The notes under the pieces are model-generated. The model did no database searches. It was not told the origin of the DNA and was given only the letters and a program-made list of their open reading frames with translations. From NCBI RefSeq assembly GCF_000014265.1, contig NC_008312.1, positions 1,260,001 to 1,292,000 of the forward strand: a DNA stretch of 32,000 nucleotides. The letters are read 5' to 3'. Both the position numbers and the translations under genes were made by a program. The DNA is from Trichodesmium erythraeum IMS101 (GTDB lineage Bacteria > Cyanobacteriota > Cyanobacteriia > Cyanobacteriales > Microcoleaceae). This document shows positions 10,316 through 17,984 of this stretch, one piece after another (within the stretch, counting starts at the first letter, position 1; each line of letters starts with the position of its first letter).

Positions 10316-11499
10316 CACAAAAATTCCTAAATTATAATTACTATTATTATCAATTTTTTTCATGGCTTTAAATTTTAAATTATAAAATTGACACTATTTA
10401 TTACTCCTATATATGTAGTAATATTTATAAGTAAATATTTTTTAATCTAAAAAAAAACTACAAAAATTACTGCTTTTATAACACTACTATCAAACTTTCA
10501 TAAATTCTAATTTGAGATAGTTTAGTTTTGAGCAATATCAGGAAATTGTCAGTAAAAAGCTATGCTTTTATTAATTGATCTGAATAATTAATTTTAGATA
10601 AAATAGTATAACTTTTCCTGTTTATACTTGTCAAACTTTTCTGAAGGAAAGATCAAGGTAAAATCGGAAATTAAATCCAAATTATCTGATAAAAATGCCT
10701 GAAAATTAGTTAACATCATAAATAAAAAAAATATAGTGGTTGTTGATAGTCGATATGGATGTACATCCTTAGTCAAAAAAACTGTAGATATTCCTCGCAA
10801 TTAGTTAATAGGCTATATCCTTAGATGTTTTTACGATAAGCCGATAGGTCATAATAGCTGTGGTTGTTCTAGATGATATGGGAAAAATTTTTAACTGAAT
10901 GCTCAAGAAACATCGGTAAAGAGCAAAAGTTATAAAAAAATACAAAAATAGCAATTAGCAACTGAATTGACATCAAAAAAAAATTTACATATCTTAATAT
11001 TCTATTTTTTTAATCTTTCCCTAGATTATATTTGCAACTATTTAGTCTACACTACTAATAATAAATAATAAAACAAATATTTACTATACAGTAAAACATT
11101 TATACTATCGCTAAACTATAAATAATCTGAAAAAAGATAGTATTTTCTATCAAATATTTTTGGAACTTTTCAAAATTTTCTTTTAACTAATTAACCAACC
11201 TAATACCGATTCTCAAAGTTATGAATTTACCTCTAATGAAGTCAAACAATTATCTTTTCGTTTAGACAGTTAATTTTTTCCAACTGAAAATAAATCTAAT
11301 CAAATTTTTTACCTTTTAAAGCTTAATTTCAAGCAGATTTAAGCAGATGATAATTTCTATTATCGCTTATTTACCCAATTATTTCTCTTTTTACGACAAT
11401 ATTAACCCTCTAATCCTTAACACATAATAGTTATTGTCCCAGTCGTAATATAAAAAGGAAAAAAATTAGCGCTTTGGCAACATTTTAGTCTCAAATAAA

Positions 11500-11522
11500 T
11501 TTCAACCTTAATAAGGTTGAAA
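11500..11522. promoter_or_regulatory. Perfect 10-bp inverted repeat (TTTCAACCTT-aat-AAGGTTGAAA) 30 nt upstream of the hypB start; candidate operator or 5'-UTR hairpin
   Basis: The arms are exact reverse complements (read directly). The repeat lies between the AT-rich upstream region and the hypB SD (GGAG at ~11543). Confidence 0.3.
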
Positions 11523-11552
11523 AACTAAAAATTAAATAAATGGAGAAAAATT

Positions 11553-12392
11553 ATGTGTGTAACTTGTGGTTGTTCCGGTAATAATGAAGCTACTATTACT
11601 AACTCTCAAACAGGAGAAAAAATAGCAATAAGTAACCATCATCCTCATACCCATACTCTCCCAGATGGTACTGTCATTACTCATACTCATTCTGATAATT
11701 ATACTCCCAAAAATCATAATCATAAAACGGCAGAAGATCATGCCAAAATCCACAAAAATACTATTAGTTTAGAAAAAGAAATTTTACAGAAAAATGACCT
11801 GATAGCTGCCCAAAATAGAGGTTGGTTTAAAGGCCGAAATATTTTGGCTTTAAATTTAGTTAGTTCTCCTGGTTCTGGCAAAACAACTTTATTATCTCGC
11901 ACAATTAATGATTTAAAATCTGATTTGACTTTTAGTGTGATTGAGGGTGACCAAGAAACTATTAATGATGCGGAAAAAATTCGCAAAACTGGTTGTAAAG
12001 TTGTGCAAATTAATACTGGTAAAGGCTGTCACTTGGAAGCTGCAATGGTAGAAAAAGGTTATACAGAATTAAATCCTCCTTTAAATTCAGTTTTGATGAT
12101 TGAAAATGTGGGGAATTTAGTTTGCCCTGCTTTATTTGATTTAGGAGAAAGTTGTAAGGTGGCAATTCTATCAGTTACTGAAGGAGAAGATAAACCGATT
12201 AAATATCCCTATATGTTTCGAGAAAGTCAGGTAATGATTCTGACAAAAATTGATTTATTGCCTTATTTACAGTTTGATTTAAACCGCTGTGTTGAATATG
12301 CAAAGCAGGTAAATCCTCAGATTCGTATTTTTCAGGTTTCTGCTTTTACCGGAGAGGGTTTGAATAAGTGGTATGATTGGTTAAAAAGTTAA
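11553..12392 (+). CDS. hypB: Hydrogenase nickel-incorporation GTPase HypB (with His-rich N-terminal region)
   Basis: MCVTCGCSG is the N-terminal CxxCGC Ni site. A His-rich stretch follows (HHPHTHTLPDGTVITHTHSD...HNHK..DHAKIH). G-domain motifs: SPGSGKTTLL, ENVGNLVCPA, LTKIDL. GGAG lies 9 nt upstream of the ATG. Confidence 0.9.
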   Translation: MCVTCGCSGNNEATITNSQTGEKIAISNHHPHTHTLPDGTVITHTHSDNYTPKNHNHKTAEDHAKIHKNTISLEKEILQKNDLIAAQNRGWFKGRNILALNLVSSPGSGKTTLLSRTINDLKSDLTFSVIEGDQETINDAEKIRKTGCKVVQINTGKGCHLEAAMVEKGYTELNPPLNSVLMIENVGNLVCPALFDLGESCKVAILSVTEGEDKPIKYPYMFRESQVMILTKIDLLPYLQFDLNRCVEYAKQVNPQIRIFQVSAFTGEGLNKWYDWLKS

Positions 12393-12435
12393 ATTATTCT
12401 CGAAAAATTATCAGGTAATCTAAATATTTTATCCT

Positions 12436-12500
12436 AGGGGTTTAGTGTTCATATATCAGGGCGAATGGGATTGAAATACTAAACTCCTACAGCTTTTTTT
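12436..12500 (+). terminator. Possible hypB terminator / structured 3' element
   Basis: An 11-bp stem, AGGGGTTTAGT (12436-12446) / ACTAAACTCCT (12478-12488), with one G:U pair. The loop is 31 nt. ACAGC then T7 (12494-12500) follow. The loop is larger than in a canonical terminator. Confidence 0.35.
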
Positions 12501-12829
12501 ACAAATTATTTTATGTGGTAATCGTGTCTTTAAAAATCAAATTAATGGTATTTTGTTTTGTTGATTTAATTCTAATGGTAATTTAATAAAAATAGGAGAT
12601 TAAATAATATAAGAAAAAAAATCTTTTGCCCCACAAAAAAAATGTAGAAATATCTCAAAAAAAGGCTCGGTTTTCACAGGATATATTCTTGGCAGTAGAG
12701 ATGAGATTAAAAGTTACGTTTTTATCTGAAATTTAATTAATTAATTAATTAATGATGTGAAATTTTTAGAAATAATTCTTTCTCAAATTCCCTAGATTTT
12801 TCTCAACAGATGAATTGTGAAAACTACAC

Positions 12830-15655
12830 GCTGAATAATTCAAAAATAGAATGTTGGGTTTCCATGGCTCAACTCAACCTACGTTTACTATATTTACTAC
12901 TTTTTTACTGGGGTTAATATCAAGCATCCATCTGGAGAGGAATGAGGTTAGACTACCTTTTCAGAGTTTATCTAAAATCTAATAACTATAACGTTGGAGT
13001 TTTTGAGTTAGTCAATTCTTTTCCGGAGGCGTAGAATATGATGGATGTCTCAGTTTGGTTTTCTTAGGGTTACTGAAAAATTTGGGGTTTCCATGGCTCA
13101 AACCCACCTAGGTTTTTACTGGGGTTAATATCAAGCATCCATCTAGAGAGGAATGAGGTTAGGCTACCTTTTCAAAGTTTATCTAAAATCTAATAACTAT
13201 AACGTTGGAGTTTTTGAGTTAGTCAATTCTTTTCCGGAGGCGTAGAATATGATGGATGTCTCAGTTTGGTTTTCTTAGGGTTGCTGAAAAATTTGGGGTT
13301 TCCATGGCTCAACTCAACCTACGTTTACTATATTTACTACTTTTTTACTGGGGTTAATATCAAGCATCCATCTAGAGAGGAATGAGGTTAGGCTACCTTT
13401 TCAAAGTTTATCTAAAATCTAATAACTATAACGTTGGAGTTTTTGAGTTAGTCAATTCTTTTCCGGAGGCGTAGAATATGATGGATGTCTCAGTTTGGTT
13501 TTCTTGGGGTTACTGAAAAATTAGGGGTTTCCATGGCTCAAACCCACCTAGGTTTTTACTGGGGTTAATATCAAGCATCCATCTGGAGAGGAATGAGGTT
13601 AGGCTACTTTTTCAGAGTTTATCTAAAATCTAATAACTATAACGTTGGAGTTTTTGAGTTAGTCAATTCTTTTCCGGAAGCGTAGAACATGATGGATGTC
13701 TCAGTTTGGTTTTCTTAGGGTTGCTGAAAAATTTGGGGTTTCCATGGCTCAAACCCACCTAGGTTTTTACTGGGGTTAATATCAAGCATCCATCTAGAGA
13801 GGAATGAGGTTAGGCTACCTTTTCAAAGTTTATCTAAAATCTAATAACTATAACGTTGGAGTTTTTGAGTTAGTCAATTCTTTTCCGGAGGCGTAGAATA
13901 TGATGGATGTCTCAGTTTGGTTTTCTTAGGGTTGCTGAAAAATTTGGGGTTTCCATGGCTCAACTCAACCTACGTTTACTATATTTACTACTTTTTTACT
14001 GGGGTTAATATCAAGCATCCATCTAGAGAGGAATGAGGTTAGGCTACCTTTTCAAAGTTTATCTAAAATCTAATAACTATAACGTTGGAGTTTTTGAGTT
14101 AGTCAATTCTTTTCCGGAGGCGTAGAACATGATGGATGTCTCAGTTTGGTTTTCTTAGGGTTGCTGAAAAATTTGGGGTTTCCATGGCTCAAACCCACCT
14201 AGGTTTTTACTGGGGTTAATATCAAGCATCCATCTAGAGAGGAATGAGGTTAGGCTACCTTTTCAAAGTTTATCTAAAATCTAATAACTATAACGTTGGA
14301 GTTTTTGAGTTAGTCAATTCTTTTCCGGAGGCGTAGAATATGATGGATGTCTCAGTTTGGTTTTCTTAGGGTTGCTGAAAAATTTGGGGTTTCCATGGCT
14401 CAACTCAACCTACGTTTACTATATTTACTACTTTTTTACTGGGGTTAATATCAAGCATCCATCTAGAGAGGAATGAGGTTAGGCTACCTTTTCAAAGTTT
14501 ATCTAAAATCTAATAACTATAACGTTGGAGTTTTTGAGTTAGTCAATTCTTTTCCGGAGGCGTAGAATATGATGGATGTCTCAGTTTGGTTTTCTTGGGG
14601 TTACTGAAAAATTAGGGGTTTCCATGGCTCAAACCCACCTAGGTTTTTACTGGGGTTAATATCAAGCATCCATCTAGAGAGGAATGAGGTTAGGCTACCT
14701 TTTCAAAGTTTATCTAAAATCTAATAACTATAACGTTGGAGTTTTTGAGTTAGTCAATTCTTTTCCGGAGGCGTAGAATATGATGGATGTCTCAGTTTGG
14801 TTTTCTTAGGGTTGCTGAAAAATTTGGGGTTTCCATGGCTCAACTCAACCTACGTTTACTATATTTACTACTTTTTTACTGGGGTTAATATCAAGCATCC
14901 ATCTAGAGAGGAATGAGGTTAGGCTACCTTTTCAAAGTTTATCTAAAATCTAATAACTATAACGTTGGAGTTTTTGAGTTAGTCAATTCTTTTCCGGAGG
15001 CGTAGAATATGATGGATGTCTCAGTTTGGTTTTCTTGGGGTTACTGAAAAATTAGGGGTTTCCATGGCTCAAACCCACCTAGGTTTTTACTGGGGTTAAT
15101 ATCAAGCATCCATCTGGAGAGGAATGAGGTTAGGCTACTTTTTCAAAGTTTATCTAAAATCTAATAACTATAACGTTGGAGTTTTTGAGTTAGTCAATTC
15201 TTTTCCGGAGGCGTAGAATATGATGGATGTCTCAGTTTGGTTTTCTTGGGGTTACTGAAAAATTAGGGGTTTCCATGGCTCAAACCCACCTAGGTTTTTA
15301 CTGGGGTTAATATCAAGCATCCATCTGGAGAGGAATGAGGTTAGGCTACTTTTTCAGAGTTTATCTAAAATCTAATAACTATAACGTTGGAGTTTTTGAG
15401 TTAGTCAATTCTTTTCCGGAGGCGTAGAATATCATGGATGTCTCAGTTTGGTTTTCTTAGGGTTGCTGAAAAATTTGGGGTTTCCATGGCTCAACTCAAC
15501 CTACGTTTACTCTATTTACTACTTTTTTACTGGGGTTAATATCAAGCATCCATCTGGAGAGGAATGAGGTTAGGCTACCTTTTCAAAGTTTATCTAAAAT
15601 CTAATAACTATAACGTTGGAGTTTTTGAATTGGTATAGCTGAAAAATGTTGGGTG
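12830..15655. repeat. Tandem array A: 13 copies (12 full plus 1 internally deleted) of a 211-bp (S) or 229-bp (L) non-coding unit
   Basis: The landmark TCCATGGCTC occurs at 12861, 13090, 13301, 13530, 13741, 13952, 14181, 14392, 14621, 14832, 15061, 15272 and 15483. Every spacing is exactly 229 or 211 bp. Copies are near-identical by eye. The ORF track shows no ORF of 60 aa or more on either strand. Confidence 0.95.
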
Positions 15656-15918
15656 AAGTCAGATATTAAATTGAGAACTAATTGTTCCTCTAAATTCCTC
15701 TCCCATTCCCTATCTGCTAAGCCAAGTTATTCTTCTCAATGTCTCATATTGGTTCATTCATGAAATAATTACCCTTTAATATCCGCCAACACACCGTTAA
15801 ATTAAAGAGTATAGGTATTGAAAATTGTTGCTCTTAAAATTAAGTAATTTTTCTATTGCTAAACTAGGGTATAAAATATTATTATAGTATAAGAATATAC
15901 TTTTTTGAGGTAAACATT

Positions 15919-17823
15919 ATGGATAATTTTCCGCAAATCGAACCCCCTGCTGAAGGGGAAGCAGTCCAACTTATTGGCCACAACAAGAAAGAGAGTTTTA
16001 TAAATGGATCCGACGATGCTGAGGTTCTGAAGGGTAAAAAGCGTGATGATATTCTCGCTGGCTCCGGTGGAGAAGACTGGCTCTATGGAAAACAAGGTCA
16101 AGACATCCTGCTCGGCGACAACGTACCTGACGAGACTGACTTTGACGCAGATGGCAAGGTAACGGTCAATCATACCTCAATGAATGACTACCTTTTCGGG
16201 AATATTGGTGAGGATACTCTCATTGACCAATTCGGGAGTGACGGTTTAATAGGTGGTCAAGGGAATGATTTGATTATTAGTATGAGTGACTCCAATATTC
16301 CCCAGGAAAATCAGACTATACCAGCCAACGTAGATGATGGTGATGACCTTGCTCGGCTTAATTTTTCTGATACATATATTAATCCAGACAACCTTAGCGC
16401 TAATGACACATTGAAAGGTGGAAAGGAGGCAGATACATTTTCCTTCCAATTATTGATAAATGCTTCAAAAGAAATTGTCGAGAAGCACACTAATGACCAG
16501 GGAGTTACCAACTGGGGAATGAATGGTGTCGCCGGAGAAAATGATAACTACCATGATCATTGGGTGGAAGGCATTGGGCATGATAAAATTATTGACTTTA
16601 ATGCCAAGGAAGGAGACTCAATTAAAGTTTTCGGCCATACAGTACAAAAGCGACTCCTTGAGAATGATGAACAATCTAAAATCGCTGTTATTGGTCTCTA
16701 CAGTGATCAAGGTAATGATGGACAGCGAGGTGGGGGTGCTCATGACCTAGATGTTCTCGGTAAAATTGAAGTGCATTATAAAGGCAAGTTTGACTTTGAT
16801 TCAGATGTTACTGTAGAAAATGAAGATTACGGAGCTTATGGCTTGGACAGTAATGCAATGATTGAGGAATATGATATTCCCAATAAACTGGATGAAGCTA
16901 ATACATCTGACTTTGTCGGAACTAACGGAGATGACGAAATTGAAGGTAATCTTGGCAAAAATAAGATACAAGGTCTTCAAGGTGATGATCATCTTATTGG
17001 CCAAGCGGGGAAAGACAAGTTAGAAGGTTCAGAAGGTGATGATCATCTTATTGGTGATTACATACCTACAGAAGCTGATTACGATGCTGAAGGAGTACTC
17101 GACCTTCCCGAAGATGTAGTCTACGATGACAAACTTTTTGGCGATACAGAATCTGATACTCTTGCCGATCAGTATGGGGATGATAAACTCACAGGAGGTG
17201 ATGGTAATGATAGGTTGATCAGTATTAGTGATAGTAGTATTCCTCGTGAGAACGCTAATATTCCAGCTGGTGTAGATGATGGTGACGACCTTAAGAAGCT
17301 TGATTTTTCCAATGAACTTATCAATCCATATAATACCGCCAGTAAGGATATTTTGACAGGAGGTTCCGGTGCTGATACGTTTGAATGGAATCTTCTTATC
17401 AATGCCTCAAAAGACATTGTCGAGAAGCACACTGATGACGACGAAATCATCAACTGGGGAATGAATGGTGTGGCCGGAGAAAATGATAACTACCATGATC
17501 ATTGGGTTGATGGTATTGGAAAGGATTTAATTATGGATTTCAGTGGACAGGGTGGTGAGGATGATAAGATTATCGTCCGAGGACATACGGTTAAAGTCAA
17601 GCTCTTGAGTGAAACGTCAGATAAGGCAGAGTTAGGTATCTACAGCGACCAAGGTAATGACGGAGAACGAGGTAATGGTGCCCATGATTTTGATGTTCTA
17701 GGAAAAATTGTAGTCAAACATGATGGTAACTTTAACTTTGATAATGATGTACAAGTCGTAGGGGTTGATTATGGTGCCTATGGGAATGGTGCAGAATTAT
17801 ATCAAGTGTTTGGACTTGAATAA
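15919..17823 (+). CDS. Internally duplicated RTX-like (hemolysin-type) calcium-binding repeat protein, function unknown
   Basis: 634 aa, acidic and G/D/N-rich, with no signal peptide. GAGG lies 9 nt upstream of the ATG. RTX-like nonapeptide runs: AGSGGEDWLYGKQGQDILLGD and GNLGKNKIQGLQGDDHLIGQAGKDKLEGSEGDDHLIGD. The two ~314-aa halves are offset by 942 nt. Confidence 0.8.
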   Translation: MDNFPQIEPPAEGEAVQLIGHNKKESFINGSDDAEVLKGKKRDDILAGSGGEDWLYGKQGQDILLGDNVPDETDFDADGKVTVNHTSMNDYLFGNIGEDTLIDQFGSDGLIGGQGNDLIISMSDSNIPQENQTIPANVDDGDDLARLNFSDTYINPDNLSANDTLKGGKEADTFSFQLLINASKEIVEKHTNDQGVTNWGMNGVAGENDNYHDHWVEGIGHDKIIDFNAKEGDSIKVFGHTVQKRLLENDEQSKIAVIGLYSDQGNDGQRGGGAHDLDVLGKIEVHYKGKFDFDSDVTVENEDYGAYGLDSNAMIEEYDIPNKLDEANTSDFVGTNGDDEIEGNLGKNKIQGLQGDDHLIGQAGKDKLEGSEGDDHLIGDYIPTEADYDAEGVLDLPEDVVYDDKLFGDTESDTLADQYGDDKLTGGDGNDRLISISDSSIPRENANIPAGVDDGDDLKKLDFSNELINPYNTASKDILTGGSGADTFEWNLLINASKDIVEKHTDDDEIINWGMNGVAGENDNYHDHWVDGIGKDLIMDFSGQGGEDDKIIVRGHTVKVKLLSETSDKAELGIYSDQGNDGERGNGAHDFDVLGKIVVKHDGNFNFDNDVQVVGVDYGAYGNGAELYQVFGLE

Positions 17824-17984
17824 CTGCCGGGTCGGGTTACATAGACCTGAACTTTCCCTTTGACAAAAAACTATAATATGTGCTATAAAATAGATTTATT
17901 TGGTAAAAAAATATATTTTCCACCTATGACTCTATTTTAAGCTTGATGTCTTAATAGAGAGCTTTTCTCTATGTATGTGGGAAA

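Noticed and set aside
10594-10800. Orphan 68-aa ORF in the mglB-hypB spacer, and the 79-aa ORF at 25560..25799
   Set aside because: Neither has an SD or recognisable motifs, and both lie in very AT-rich sequence where ORFs of this size arise by chance. They are left unannotated.
2085-11986. Other short antisense or overlapping ORFs in the track (2085..2282, 4972..5187, 5040..5246, 8542..8766, 9543..9812, 11532..11753, 11738..11986)
   Set aside because: Each lies fully inside a confidently identified hyp or mgl gene on the opposite strand and shows no recognisable motifs.
12455-12480. gggcgaatgggattgaaat resembling the ...GGGATTGAAAC end of some cyanobacterial CRISPR repeats
   Set aside because: It is a single occurrence with no adjacent repeat copies. 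It lies in the loop of the putative hypB terminator hairpin.
13022-13027. TCCGGA in every array-A unit resembles the heterocyst-specific DIF1 promoter motif found at -35 of NsiR1-type promoters
   Set aside because: It lies only 4 nt upstream of the best -10 candidate (TAGAAT), and no decent -10 lies about 17 nt downstream. The motif is not conserved in array B (ggtcggga). It may simply be part of the GGAGG-containing segment.
12907-13117. Five 6-bp palindromes per unit (CCATGG, CCTAGG, AACGTT, TCCGGA, TCTAGA) as possible protein-binding or restriction-site iterons
   Set aside because: About three hexamer palindromes are expected by chance in about 210 bp. Several are polymorphic between copies (TCTAGA/TCTGGA). 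There is no periodic arrangement.
16246-17453. Minus-strand and alternative-frame ORFs inside the RTX-like gene (16246..16449, 16311..16511, 16523..16750, 16801..17004, 17169..17453, and also 15859..16173)
   Set aside because: All are nested within or antisense to a much longer ORF with clear repeat-protein features. Their sequences are low-complexity mirror images of the sense frame.
15919-17823. The two near-duplicate halves of the RTX-like gene as template/variable repeats of a diversity-generating retroelement
   Set aside because: Differences between the halves are not confined to adenine positions. No reverse transcriptase gene is nearby. Divergence is spread over the whole 942-bp unit.
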